Position numbers and translations under genes: made by a program. 64,000 bases of DNA from a virus. Taxonomy: Duplodnaviria > Caudoviricetes. The DNA lies in IMG/VR virus record IMGVR_UViG_3300002597_000001, positions 32,001-96,000 of that record. One strand, 5' to 3'. Each line of letters begins with the position of its first letter. Positions within the stretch are counted from its first letter, which is position 1. Shown here piece by piece: positions 18,322 through 28,727 of this stretch. The notes under the pieces are model-generated. The model did no database searches. It was not told the DNA's origin and worked only from the letters and a program-made list of their open reading frames with translations.

Positions 18322-18332
18322 GGAGGAATGAG

Positions 18333-21300
18333 ATGGAAGTTAATATCCGGTTGAATAAGAATTTTACAACGCAGTACAACAAACTACAGGCTGAGTTCGG
18401 TACAGAGATAGCGGCGATTAATGGGTTTGATGACGGGCAGCTTTCCTATACGGATTTCATAGATAATTTTGCGGCTAAGGATGTTGTTGCAGATGCGAGC
18501 ATTGACGGGAATTCCAATGTATCACATAAGGACATCGTCACGCTGGAACGAGAAATGTCCAAGCCTCACGAAAAGCTGATTGCGTTCAGTAAAATCTATC
18601 AGGAGATCCAGGACAAATACGGATTCAAAGCCGCTAATGAGTGGTTGCGACTGGAGTGGATCGGCGCTCTGTATCTGCATGATGCCAGTACCAGCACCCT
18701 CAAGAGCTATTGTTTTGCCTATGATTTGAAGGATCTTGCTGAGAAGGGAATGTACTTCGAAGAAGGTCGGAACGCAAAACCGGCACAGCACTTGATCACA
18801 TTTGTGGATTTTGTGAAAGAATTTGTCAGCTTCACATCCAACCGTACAAGCGGAGCCGTGGGACTCCCGAATCTCATTCCCTATATGTTCTACTTCTGGA
18901 AGAAGGATATTACAGAAGGATATATGGGACTGACGGAAGAGATGGGGGAGCGGTACGCAAAAAGCAATATCCAGAGATTCATCTATGCAGTCAATCAAAG
19001 CCACTGCCGCGATGGTTCGCAATCGGCCTTTACGAATACTTCGATTTTCGACCATCCTTATTTTGAAGCGCTGTTCGGCGGGGCAGTATTTCCAGACGGA
19101 TCATTCATGATCGACTACGAGGAGGAGATCATTGAATTCCAAAAATGGTATCTGGAAGAAATGGCGGCAATCCATTCGGAAAACATGTTCACGTTCCCTG
19201 TTAATTCTATCAGTCTTCTCCGGCAGAACGGGAAATTTGTAGATGAGGAATTTGCCAAATATGCTGTGCGACACAATATGGAATGGTCTGATTCAAATCT
19301 CTTTGTGGACAGTTCTGTTAACAGTTTGAGTAACTGCTGTAGACTCAAGTCCAATATCCAAGACCTCGGCTATTTCAACAGTATTGGCGGAACGGCGCTC
19401 AAGGTCGGTTCTGTAAAGGTGAATACTGTGAATCTCGCAAGAATCGCGCTGGATTGCACAACTGAAGAGGAATATCTGGACGAGCTTTATCACAGGACGA
19501 CTGTCTGCCTCCGCGCTCTGGATGTGGTCAGGAGCATCATCCGCAGTAATGTCAGGAAGGGGCTCCTCCCGAATTTCTCCAAGGGCCTCATTGATTTCGA
19601 GCACCTTTATAATACAGTGGGCTTCCTGGGTATCTATGAGACAATGAAGAAATTCGGATATACCAAGGTCGATCCGTTTGGAAATACATACTACACGCCG
19701 CTGGCGTCTACTTTCGGTCAGAAGATTTTCCAGACGATGCGGAAAGCAGCAGACGATTTTATCGCAGCAGATCCCACGGTGGATTACCAAATCAACACCG
19801 AACAGATCCCAGGCGAATCAGCGGCTGCGAAGCTGATGAAAAAGGACAAGTTCTTCTATCCTGACGCCAACATCTACGATTTGCCGTTGTATGGAAACCA
19901 GTTCATTCCGCTGGGGATCCAGACCACGTTACAGGAACGTGTGCGGATCGCCGCCGAGTTCGACGGCTACTGCAACGGAGGCTCGATCCTCCATGCCAAT
20001 ATCGACGCGCCGTTTGACAGTTTTGAGAAGGCGTGGAAGATGGTAAACTACATCGCTGATGCCGGTGTAACGTATTTCGCATTCAATACCAAAATTCAGT
20101 CGTGCGAAGACAACCATGCGTTCTACGGAGATACTTGCCCAGTGTGCGGGAAACCTGTAGATGCGGAGTTCACGAGGATCGTAGGGTAAAGTGGTGTACT
20201 GCCCAATGCTTTGGCAACAAGGTAACGCGATCTAAAACAAGAAACCTCGAATATGCGGGGACCCCCTTAGAGACTTCAATACTAACCCACAGGGAAACCG
20301 AGTGGCGGCGGAACTAATCACTCCGGGACAGTAATAAGTTGAAGTATTGGGAAATCCGCAGGCATAGCTGAAATGCGATGGCCCCAACGACTACCAAGAG
20401 GCGTCCGATCACGGACGAAGGTATAGTCTATTCCGATTAGAAATAAGGAGAAATACATATGACTAATAGAGAAGATTTCACAGGACAGATATTTGGCAAA
20501 AGAAAAGTAATTCGTAATTATTGTGTTGAAGAAGATTGGATTAATATTGGAAAGCCGATACCGAATGATATCCGCAAGTACAGATTGTCAGAATGCCTGA
20601 ACTGCGGCGCAAAAGTTCCAGTGCTTATGAAAAACCTCTTTGAGCGCCCTCCAAAAAGGTGTTGTTTTTGCTCCAATATTCGGAATACCAGTACGACAAT
20701 TCAGTCTTCCACAAATACTTGGACATTGTATGACGATTATGCGGCTGTCAATGTTACTTATAAAGATGGCGTCGTGACCGGATACGTCAGTAAAGAAGAT
20801 TATGAGGATGTTTCAAATCGTATGTGGCGGGTAAGCAAAAAGAAGAACAAATATTATTTGCTCAGTGGCTCCAAATACAAAGACGATGTCATCTATCTGC
20901 ACAGATTTATCCTACGAGATAAGGAAATCCTGTCTGGGCACGAAGTTGATCACATTGATGGGAATTCGCTGAATAACCGCCGAGAAAATCTTCGGGTTGT
21001 AACGAGGCTTGAGAACATACAAAATGTGTCTCAACGAATCGATAACCAGATTGGAATCAGAGGTATTGCGCCGGATGGGCGTGGTAAATACACGGTGGAT
21101 TTTTCTCATAATAATAAACGGTATTACTTTAAGCCATGGGACACATTGGCCGAAGCCGTCTGCTGCCGAGGTGTTTTGGAAGATTACTTCGGTCTTGAAA
21201 TGATTAGGCGAAATCCAAAAGCGCAGGCAGTTGACGTTCTGCCTCTATGTCAGGTAAGTGAAATCAAACAATATGTATTATCCAAAATATCGTGAAAGCG

Positions 21301-21410
21301 ACGGTATTAAAGTTTACACCAGAGTTAGCACATGGTCCAGCGAGAGAGCTGACGAATACAAGCTCCGTCGCTGGGAGGAGATCAACGCGACTGCGGAGAA
21401 GATCGAATGA
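18333..21410 (+). CDS. nrdD: anaerobic ribonucleotide reductase, spliced (exons 18333-20187 and 21313-21410; 650 aa)
   Basis: YCF, SNCCRL, EQIPGE, CPVC; join restores the glycyl radical motif TRIVG|FYTR. Confidence 0.93.
20188..21312 (+). mobile_element. group I intron in nrdD
   Basis: 5' exon GGGT/IGS GCCC; P AATATGCGGGGAC, Q AATCCGCAGG, R CAACGACTA, S AAGGTATAGTCT; terminal G; P10 GGTGTA/TACACC. Confidence 0.93.
20459..21295 (+). CDS. intron-encoded HNH(-AP2-like) homing endonuclease
   Basis: YLHRFI..VDHIDGNSLNNRRENLR. Confidence 0.88.
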   Translation: MTNREDFTGQIFGKRKVIRNYCVEEDWINIGKPIPNDIRKYRLSECLNCGAKVPVLMKNLFERPPKRCCFCSNIRNTSTTIQSSTNTWTLYDDYAAVNVTYKDGVVTGYVSKEDYEDVSNRMWRVSKKKNKYYLLSGSKYKDDVIYLHRFILRDKEILSGHEVDHIDGNSLNNRRENLRVVTRLENIQNVSQRIDNQIGIRGIAPDGRGKYTVDFSHNNKRYYFKPWDTLAEAVCCRGVLEDYFGLEMIRRNPKAQAVDVLPLCQVSEIKQYVLSKIS

Positions 21411-21883
21411 AATTAAAGGGCATTATTTTTGAGGACTTCGTCAACTACAAAAAGCCATGCATGACCCTTGAGTTCCCAAACTGCTCATTCAAATGCGACA
21501 AGGAGGCAGGGGTGCCAGTTTGCCAGAACAGTGAACTGGCCTCCGCGCCAACGCGAGAGTTTGACGTTCACGATATTTGCGAGGCGTATCTCTCCAACGA
21601 TATAACAAGTGCAATCTGTTTACAGGGGCTTGAGCCGCTTGACAGCATTGGAGATGTAATGTCTCTGGTCTGGGCAATGCGCAAGCATTATAACTGCCAT
21701 GATGATATTGTGATTTATACAGGATACAACGAGTATGAAATTAGCTCAGAGCTCCTCCTACTGTCTAAATATGACAATATCATCGTGAAGTTTGGGCGCT
21801 TTATTCCTAACAGACCACATATCTATGACGAAGTTCTCGGCGTTGAGCTTTCGTCAGATAATCAGTATGCGAGGAGGTTATAA
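21407..21883 (+). CDS. nrdG: anaerobic RNR activating enzyme
   Basis: CSFKC..CQN, GLEP, IYTGY, SSDNQYA. Confidence 0.88.
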   Translation: MKLKGIIFEDFVNYKKPCMTLEFPNCSFKCDKEAGVPVCQNSELASAPTREFDVHDICEAYLSNDITSAICLQGLEPLDSIGDVMSLVWAMRKHYNCHDDIVIYTGYNEYEISSELLLLSKYDNIIVKFGRFIPNRPHIYDEVLGVELSSDNQYARRL

Positions 21884-22168
21884 ATGACCATTTGTTCGGG
21901 CAAATATGAGCGCCATCCGTCTTATACGGTAGCCGACATTCTCACCGGAACGCCCCCAATCGATCTCATAATGGTCCGCACTAACGACCATAATGGCGGT
22001 GACATGTTGTTTGGTTACTGCCAGTGGGACGGGGAGAGGTTGATCCCGCTTGACGGAGATGATTACCGCATGGATGAATGCGTTATGAAACATGAGTATC
22101 CTTTTTGCGGACCAGTCGATCTGATTTACTGGATTCACTCTAACTGGACTGTGGAGGAAGAAACATGA
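21884..22168 (+). CDS. hypothetical protein
   Basis: RBS, ORF. Confidence 0.68.
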   Translation: MTICSGKYERHPSYTVADILTGTPPIDLIMVRTNDHNGGDMLFGYCQWDGERLIPLDGDDYRMDECVMKHEYPFCGPVDLIYWIHSNWTVEEET

Positions 22169-22461
22169 TTATTATTGAGACGTGCCCAAGGTGTGGTGGA
22201 GATTTACGAGACGAGGTAATTGCAACATACCCTCCGGTCCCGAGAAAGTCCTGCCCAAAATGCGGCTGGTTTTGGGAAGGTGTGAGGGAACGGGTGATGA
22301 GAGTACCATTCAGAGAACCAGGTGTTCCTTATATGGAGGCTCCTACAGCGATATCTAGCCTAAATGTATCAACGCCTCCGTGTGCGACCTGCGGATCAAA
22401 TCCGAAGAATGGCGGCTCTGGGAACTGTCATTGTATTCTTGGGACACCGACTATTACATAA
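22165..22461 (+). CDS. Cys-rich zinc-binding protein
   Basis: CPRC, CPKC, CATC, CHC. Confidence 0.72.
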   Translation: MIIIETCPRCGGDLRDEVIATYPPVPRKSCPKCGWFWEGVRERVMRVPFREPGVPYMEAPTAISSLNVSTPPCATCGSNPKNGGSGNCHCILGTPTIT

Positions 22462-22474
22462 AAGGAGGTCAGAT

Positions 22475-22876
22475 ATGGCTATAATTTTGAAAGAAAAGAG
22501 TATGAATGAGTGTCTCTGCCAGAAATGCGGCAGCACGATTGGATATACGGATGACGATATATGTATGGCAAAAGACGACTATGGAAAGACCGGGCAGGGA
22601 CTAGAATGCCCGAAGTGTGGCAGTATTATCTTGGTCAAAGAAATGGCACAGGATGAGTGGCCGGAAGCCTTTTATCACTTCGGAGACGGGGTTCATCTTA
22701 CCGACCAGGAAATTCAGCGATATGTTGACGAATGCATACGCAAGTTGCGTAACGGCGAGACAGATTATACATATGTTGGATCCGGTGACACATTCGTTAT
22801 GGCAAGTTGGGATGGTGGGGATATCGTCGTTCGTGTTTGCCGTGACTATTACGAGGCGTATGTATATGGGACTTGA
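22475..22876 (+). CDS. zinc-ribbon hypothetical protein
   Basis: AAGGAGG RBS; CQKC, CPKC. Confidence 0.72.
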   Translation: MAIILKEKSMNECLCQKCGSTIGYTDDDICMAKDDYGKTGQGLECPKCGSIILVKEMAQDEWPEAFYHFGDGVHLTDQEIQRYVDECIRKLRNGETDYTYVGSGDTFVMASWDGGDIVVRVCRDYYEAYVYGT

Positions 22877-23207
22877 GTGGAATGTTTGGGTGGGGAACTG
22901 GAATCGCAAGACCGTTGAACCGCATAACATTTTCGATCATGGCGGGTTTTCGGAAGACTGCCGCAAGATATATAACAAATACGGCAAAGGAAGGAACCCC
23001 GACAAGGGGTCGTTCCTCGAAGAAATCCGCCAGAGCTTAATGTATTACTATTGGAGCAAGTCAGAGTGGGAGATCGTATTACAGCATTGGCCTCCGTATT
23101 CAGACGGAGACGGGGAAAAGATCGATGTATATCAGCAAGTTAGGATGAACTGGAATCAGTTCTGCGAATACCTGTGGGACCACCGGTCCAGTCTAAACTA
23201 TTTTTAA
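22866..23207 (+). CDS. hypothetical protein
   Basis: LMYYYWSKSEWE..KIDVYQQV. Confidence 0.72.
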   Translation: MGLEWNVWVGNWNRKTVEPHNIFDHGGFSEDCRKIYNKYGKGRNPDKGSFLEEIRQSLMYYYWSKSEWEIVLQHWPPYSDGDGEKIDVYQQVRMNWNQFCEYLWDHRSSLNYF

Positions 23208-23216
23208 GGAGAGATA

Positions 23217-23423
23217 ATGAGACTCTTTGAAATCGAAGCGGACTACCGCCCGAACAATCAGGACAAGCCGCGCTATTATGTGCTGGCAAAATCCAAGAGT
23301 GATGCGAAGCGTAAGTTTAAGAACCGTATAACATGGCTTGACATTTATGGTTGCGAAGAAGTCACGGACGAAGCTCAGGCCACCTATATTTATGATCACC
23401 CAGAGAAATATATCCTGTGCTAG
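23217..23423 (+). CDS. hypothetical protein
   Basis: RBS, ORF. Confidence 0.68.
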   Translation: MRLFEIEADYRPNNQDKPRYYVLAKSKSDAKRKFKNRITWLDIYGCEEVTDEAQATYIYDHPEKYILC

Positions 23424-23434
23424 GAGGAATGCAA

Positions 23435-23962
23435 GTGAATCGAGTTGGAAAGTTTAGCAAAGTTTCATACGATCAGTGGGCGGCGGCGATTAGATCGCAG
23501 ACCGACGCCATTACCGAGGATGCAATTCTCGACCTGTATCACCAGATTAAGTTGCCTCAGCGAGCAACGGCAGGAAGCGCCGGTTATGATATATACTCTC
23601 CGATTTGGGTAAGTCTGGAGTGTGGAGAATCTATCAAAATCCCGACCGGCATTCGCTGTGAGATGGACGAAGGTTGGGTGCTGACGATCTATCCAAGAAG
23701 CGGACTTGGAACAAAGCATAGATTTGTGCCGGACAACCTTGTTGGAGTTGTGGATGAGGATTATTTTTATTCCGACAACGAGGGGCATATCTGGTGCATG
23801 ATGACCTATAACGGTCATGAAGATCGCGAGAATAGAACACTGGAGATCAATCGCGGCGACGCTATTGCTCAGGCAATCTTCCTGCCGTATGGAATCACGA
23901 AAGATGATAACGCCACCGGCGTTCGCAACGGCGGGTTCGGAAGTACTGGAGGTGCCCAGTGA
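23435..23962 (+). CDS. dut: trimeric dUTPase
   Basis: SAGYD, PRSG, GVVDEDY, AQAIF, RNGGFGSTG. Confidence 0.95.
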   Translation: MNRVGKFSKVSYDQWAAAIRSQTDAITEDAILDLYHQIKLPQRATAGSAGYDIYSPIWVSLECGESIKIPTGIRCEMDEGWVLTIYPRSGLGTKHRFVPDNLVGVVDEDYFYSDNEGHIWCMMTYNGHEDRENRTLEINRGDAIAQAIFLPYGITKDDNATGVRNGGFGSTGGAQ

Positions 23963-24642
23963 CAAGAGTTGAAATACACAAGCAGTTCTGCGATGGGCTT
24001 TCTGATTTGTATGCCGCGAAGAATGCGGACTATGGTGACAGCTATGCCAAACTCCGGGCTAAATATCCTGAGAGCATCTGCATCAGACTTGAGGACAAGC
24101 TATCGCGGCTAGAGCAGTTGATGAAGCCGGGATATGAGGCACAGATAAAAGATGAGAGTATCTGCGACACTCTTCGAGATCTTGCCAACTACAGCCTCAT
24201 GGAACTCACTGAGCGGGAATATGAGAAGCAGAATTGCAATATTGCTCAGGATGATAATCAGGAAACAGATTGGGATGAATTTGTTCCTGTCTGGTCGCTC
24301 GATCAGGATGGTGTCACTGAGAGATACAACATCAGCGGCGGGCTGAATGATATTGAGCTGACTTATGACAAAGACACTGATATGTATGAGTTGTGGGTGG
24401 AGACCCTCTACGACTTCGAGAATAAAAAGTCCATCATCCGCTGGCTGGACAACATGGAAGTTGCGCTGTGGAAATATGTAAATGCGGCGGAGCCTGACGT
24501 TACATATAAAATCACTCTGGAAGACGCCCTCAATATCTCAAACACATTTACGGGGAAGACCATGCATGAGTGTGCTGAAAAGTTTTCGTTCCGCGTGAGC
24601 TGCATTGTAGACTTCTTGGAGGGCAACGATAGTGATTTGTGA
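23959..24642 (+). CDS. DUF1599-like nucleotide-modification-associated domain fused to unknown C-terminus
   Basis: KNADYGDS..RLEDKLSRL..ESICDTLRDLANY. Confidence 0.75.
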   Translation: MTRVEIHKQFCDGLSDLYAAKNADYGDSYAKLRAKYPESICIRLEDKLSRLEQLMKPGYEAQIKDESICDTLRDLANYSLMELTEREYEKQNCNIAQDDNQETDWDEFVPVWSLDQDGVTERYNISGGLNDIELTYDKDTDMYELWVETLYDFENKKSIIRWLDNMEVALWKYVNAAEPDVTYKITLEDALNISNTFTGKTMHECAEKFSFRVSCIVDFLEGNDSDL

Positions 24643-24841
24643 TAGATGCGATGGCGGTGTTTATCTTGACGGATTTGCAGTAACTAAATGCAAGGTCTGC
24701 GGTTACAAAATTGTGACCCCGCATACACCGGGTGGGAGGGTTTGCCCCTCCTGCTCGGTAACGCAGGGGCTGTGTGAACAGTGCGGCGAGAAACTAGAGG
24801 AGGTGCCTGATGGCGAAAACAATTTATCTGCCAGACGGTGA
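24632..24841 (+). CDS. Cys-rich zinc finger protein
   Basis: four CxxC pairs. Confidence 0.65.
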   Translation: MICDRCDGGVYLDGFAVTKCKVCGYKIVTPHTPGGRVCPSCSVTQGLCEQCGEKLEEVPDGENNLSARR

Positions 24842-24986
24842 GAGCTGGACGGTGTTTGGAGAAATCGATGCGGAGCGCAGCCTACGGCGAATCATCCAAG
24901 AATACTTGGGTGATGATTGCGTCGAACTGTTGGACGATGTGATTGCAGAGGCCTTCGAGCGTGGTGCTTGTTATGAGCCGGAATAA
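24810..24986 (+). CDS. hypothetical protein (58 aa, below ORF track cut-off)
   Basis: GGAGG RBS, MAKTIYLPDGE...YEPE*. Confidence 0.65.
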   Translation: MAKTIYLPDGESWTVFGEIDAERSLRRIIQEYLGDDCVELLDDVIAEAFERGACYEPE

Positions 24987-25010
24987 AAGACCAGTTTGGT
25001 GAGGTGAACT

Positions 25011-25358
25011 ATGGCAAAACATAAGAATTGCCCGAACTGTGCGGCTCCATATGACCCGGCTCTGAGCAAGTGTCCATACTGCGGGACGATCTACTTTGAT
25101 ATGTCTGTGATTGACTTCGATCATCATGAGCCATTCTGGCTGAAGATCCGTGTGGATGGGTGCGAGATCACCCAATTCGTTGTGCCAGAGATGGGGGAGA
25201 TGACAATCAGTCATAGTCCTGTTTACTGTGATTGGTCCGGGCAGAGGAAGATGGTGTTTGGTGGTCCCCCAGATGTGACCACGGACATTTCGTTCCATGC
25301 GGTTGCTGCACCAGACACAAATATAATGGCTACAGTAACCAGAATTGGAGGTACATAA
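25011..25358 (+). CDS. zinc-ribbon hypothetical protein
   Basis: CPNC..CPYC. Confidence 0.72.
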   Translation: MAKHKNCPNCAAPYDPALSKCPYCGTIYFDMSVIDFDHHEPFWLKIRVDGCEITQFVVPEMGEMTISHSPVYCDWSGQRKMVFGGPPDVTTDISFHAVAAPDTNIMATVTRIGGT

Positions 25359-25754
25359 ATGAGAAATATAATTCCTTTTGATCTGACTCAGAAAACCGAG
25401 GAGCTGCGGCAACTCATTCTCAACAACCCAGATCTGCCCATCGTGGTGCTGGCAGGTGAAGAGGCCAACTGCGGAGGAGATTACTATTGGATGTATTGCT
25501 CCAGCATTAGCTTTCGTATTACAGAAATCCTGGATTGCGAGACCCCATATAGTGACTGCGTATGTTCAGACAGAGATAGCTTCGAGGAGGACTTCGAGGA
25601 GTGGCTCTGGGATGAGATGGCCACAGAACTGAGAGATCGCGGCATCTCTGATGCAGAGCCAAGCGAGGATGAGTTTCAGGCGCGGCTAAAAGAAGAGAAG
25701 GAGAGGTACGGGCCGTATTGGAAGAAGGTGATTGCTATCTATGCAGACAACTAA
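25359..25754 (+). CDS. hypothetical protein
   Basis: RBS, ORF. Confidence 0.72.
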   Translation: MRNIIPFDLTQKTEELRQLILNNPDLPIVVLAGEEANCGGDYYWMYCSSISFRITEILDCETPYSDCVCSDRDSFEEDFEEWLWDEMATELRDRGISDAEPSEDEFQARLKEEKERYGPYWKKVIAIYADN

Positions 25755-25802
25755 GTGGATCAATGTTGACGATAGATTGCCAGATCCGCCGGAGGTGAAG
25801 TA

Positions 25803-26147
25803 ATGGCAGTAGCCTTTATCGCTGGGATATTAGTTGGAGGGGGTTTGTGCTCTGTTTTCTGGATTATCCAAAAACAAAAGCAAAGCACGACAGACATGCT
25901 GGAACGCACACATTTTGTTGAGATACAGGAAGCACCTGTGGTTACGCTTATGGCTGAATCGGCTTTTGCTATAGAGGACATGGATCGGTATGGCGAGGAT
26001 ACAGTTAGTAGGTTTGCCCGAGAGAGCGTTATGAGAAAAATAACAGATGATCTGGAGAATTATGTGAGATTTGAAACCTACGAAGACCCGTGTGCGCATA
26101 CTGTAACACTTCGCGGATCGATACGCGTTGCACAACCACAGATATAA
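25803..26147 (+). CDS. membrane-anchored hypothetical protein
   Basis: N-terminal hydrophobic helix. Confidence 0.7.
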   Translation: MAVAFIAGILVGGGLCSVFWIIQKQKQSTTDMLERTHFVEIQEAPVVTLMAESAFAIEDMDRYGEDTVSRFARESVMRKITDDLENYVRFETYEDPCAHTVTLRGSIRVAQPQI

Positions 26148-26171
26148 AACCCGAATTTGATGGGAGGCAAA

Positions 26172-26435
26172 ATGGACAAAGTTAAAGTTATCACCGTCAC
26201 TAAGCAGGAACGAATGCACATGTTTTATTGTGACGAGTGCGGAGAATTTATACAACACCAGCTCGAATATGATGACGGATGGACTCCTGAGCCTTCTGGT
26301 TTCGAAGCGAAGATATGCATCGGGAAGACGTGGTATGTATACAAGAAAAGGCACCTATGTGAAGAATGCAGAGAGCATGCTTGGATTAATCTTGTAGAAA
26401 AGCTACAAGCAATAGGATTCGAGGTGGAAGATTAG
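26172..26435 (+). CDS. zinc-binding hypothetical protein
   Basis: CDEC..CEEC. Confidence 0.7.
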   Translation: MDKVKVITVTKQERMHMFYCDECGEFIQHQLEYDDGWTPEPSGFEAKICIGKTWYVYKKRHLCEECREHAWINLVEKLQAIGFEVED

Positions 26436-26771
26436 ATGGGTTTTGAGAATGCAACCCCGTTGTCTGTTGTGGCTTATGACAGCGAGACGGGAGAACGAGT
26501 GATGGGATTTGATTTGGCGAGTTGTCCAGACATTACTTGCGAGACGCAGACAGTTCCAAGCGATTATATCTCAGGACTAAATGAATTGTCTGGTGGATTC
26601 ACAATGACCATTACATATCCGAAATTTTCTCGCAAGCGATTTATAAAGAAGCTGATGGGAATTGGAGTTCCTAGAAATGCGGCAAATAAATATGCGAGAT
26701 ACTGCGCTGAAACCAGAAGTCCATACGGGCGGCAATGGAACCGGATTTGTTGGATGGGTATATTTGGATAA
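26436..26771 (+). CDS. hypothetical protein
   Basis: RBS, ORF. Confidence 0.68.
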   Translation: MGFENATPLSVVAYDSETGERVMGFDLASCPDITCETQTVPSDYISGLNELSGGFTMTITYPKFSRKRFIKKLMGIGVPRNAANKYARYCAETRSPYGRQWNRICWMGIFG

Positions 26772-26783
26772 TTAAAGGGGGAA

Positions 26784-28727
26784 ATGCCTACGGATAAGGC
26801 GAAATTGAGAGAGTTGATCTTGAGGGCCAAGGAGAAGCTTGGAGACCAGAATGCTGAGATTATTGCCGAGTCCTACGGCGTCGCTCAGTGGAATCCAAAT
26901 AAACTGAATGGGTTGTGCCCATTCCATAATGAATCACATCCCAGTTTTAGTTATAACAGGAAAGACTATTCCGCTCATTGTTTCAGCTGTGGAGAGTCTA
27001 CGGATGTTATTCGCGCCCTGATGGATGGTCAAAACCTGAGTTTCGTTGACGCGGCTAAAAAGCTATTTGAGATGGCTGAGATGGATGTGCTGTGGGACAA
27101 GGTTCATGTGGATAGGAAATATAGGTACCCACACGAGGAGCAGGAACCAGCAGAGGATGTCATTGATTATTTGGGTTGGCGAAAGATCTCCGAAGATACA
27201 ATACGAAAATGTGGGATTCAGTCCGATGGCAAAGGCAATATCGCGTTTCCTTATCGTGATGAAAATAACCAACTTCTCACCATGAAATACCGTCCTGCAC
27301 GGAAGGTTAATAAGGATAACGGAGAACAAAAAAGCTGGGTGCAGAAAGACACAGACACAACTCCGATCCTATTCAATATGAATAGGTGCAATCCAGATTA
27401 TCCTCTCGTGATCTGCGAAGGGGAAATTGATTGCCTATCCGTGTATGAAGCAGGGTGGAAAAATGTTGTAAGTATCCCCTTTGGGGCGCAATCCATGACG
27501 TTTATAGACCGTTGTTATGATTGGCTGGATATGTACAAAGAGATTATTCTCGCCGGAGACATGGATGAAGCTGGTCAGAAATTCAACAAAGAAGCGACGA
27601 CCAGACTTGGAGCATGGCGTTGTAAGACCATGGAAATCCCAGATAAGTATATGGGTCACATCGCGCAGCTCGACAGAGATATCAAGGATATCAATGAGGT
27701 GCTTTTCTATTTTGGGAAAGATGCCGTCATGGATATGATCCATAATGCTCGTGAGACACCTATTGCGTCAGTTGTAGACATCATGGATGTCAAACCAGTG
27801 GATTTGCAAGAGCTTGATGGAGTTACTACTGGCATCAAACCGTTAGATAAGATGCTTGGCAAACTTTATTATGGGACCGTCACTTTGGTCTCTGGAAAGG
27901 CCGCATCCGGTAAATCTAGTTTAGTCAGCACAATTCTCTGTAATGCTATGGACGCAGGAATAAACTCGTGGATTTATTCTGGAGAATTGAATGAACAAAC
28001 AAACCGTAACTGGATTGATTACATATTTGCTGGCCCGAGAAATGTGAGTCAAAGCAACGCTCCTGACGGCTCTGATTATTATCAGATTAACCCAGGTGTG
28101 TCAAATAAAATAAGCAAAGCCTATAGGGGTCGATGCTTTATCTATAAAGATGGTCAAACATCTGACATTGATTCGCTGCTCAAATCTGCGGAGGATGTGG
28201 TTCGGAGATATGATTGTAAGGTTCTTGTATTAGACAATCTTATGACAATCATGGATTCTAGCGATGAGGAACTGGAATCTCAGAAAAACATCATGGTCAA
28301 AACCGTAGCTTTTGCTACAAAATATAACGTGGCGATTCTATTGGTGTGCCATCTCCGTAAAGTCGCAAAGGGACAACAGATTACGCTCGATGACATTAGC
28401 GGAACTGCGAAATTGGGCAATCTGTGCCACCGAAATATCACGTTGGCAAGGATCACGGATGAAGAAAAAAGCGGCGAAGCTGAATATTCTCATACACCCA
28501 AGGAGTTACTTAAATATGATGTTCAGATTTCGTGTTCAAAAGACCGCATGAGAGGTAAGGTGGGCTCTATAGGGGTCTGGTACGATACTTGGAGCCGGAG
28601 GTTCTATAGCAGCCCAGAAGAATATGATCGAGTATATTCGTGGGATAAGAAGAAATATGATGAACCACTGGATTGGCCACACGCCGACACCAATGATGTG
28701 TTGGGGCCAGAGCAAGGGGGTGCTTGA
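26784..28727 (+). CDS. DNA primase-helicase (T7 gp4/Twinkle-like fusion)
   Basis: CPFH..CFSC Zn finger, TOPRIM EGEID / DMDEAG, Walker A GKAASGKS, VLDNL. Confidence 0.92.
   Translation: MPTDKAKLRELILRAKEKLGDQNAEIIAESYGVAQWNPNKLNGLCPFHNESHPSFSYNRKDYSAHCFSCGESTDVIRALMDGQNLSFVDAAKKLFEMAEMDVLWDKVHVDRKYRYPHEEQEPAEDVIDYLGWRKISEDTIRKCGIQSDGKGNIAFPYRDENNQLLTMKYRPARKVNKDNGEQKSWVQKDTDTTPILFNMNRCNPDYPLVICEGEIDCLSVYEAGWKNVVSIPFGAQSMTFIDRCYDWLDMYKEIILAGDMDEAGQKFNKEATTRLGAWRCKTMEIPDKYMGHIAQLDRDIKDINEVLFYFGKDAVMDMIHNARETPIASVVDIMDVKPVDLQELDGVTTGIKPLDKMLGKLYYGTVTLVSGKAASGKSSLVSTILCNAMDAGINSWIYSGELNEQTNRNWIDYIFAGPRNVSQSNAPDGSDYYQINPGVSNKISKAYRGRCFIYKDGQTSDIDSLLKSAEDVVRRYDCKVLVLDNLMTIMDSSDEELESQKNIMVKTVAFATKYNVAILLVCHLRKVAKGQQITLDDISGTAKLGNLCHRNITLARITDEEKSGEAEYSHTPKELLKYDVQISCSKDRMRGKVGSIGVWYDTWSRRFYSSPEEYDRVYSWDKKKYDEPLDWPHADTNDVLGPEQGGA

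Larger units (their letters stand above)
5907..26161 (+). repeat. dispersed 18-bp site ATRAAA-N6-TTTGRT, 12 copies at gene junctions
   Basis: Copies start at 5907, 6223, 8104, 9492, 10112, 10264, 10482, 13336, 17669, 18086, 24983, 26144. Confidence 0.85.

Noticed and set aside
20187-20189. Stop-codon reassignment suggested by premature stops in nrdD, the amidase and TMP
   Set aside because: Each stop lies at a group I intron 5' boundary, and all three stop codons terminate genes normally elsewhere
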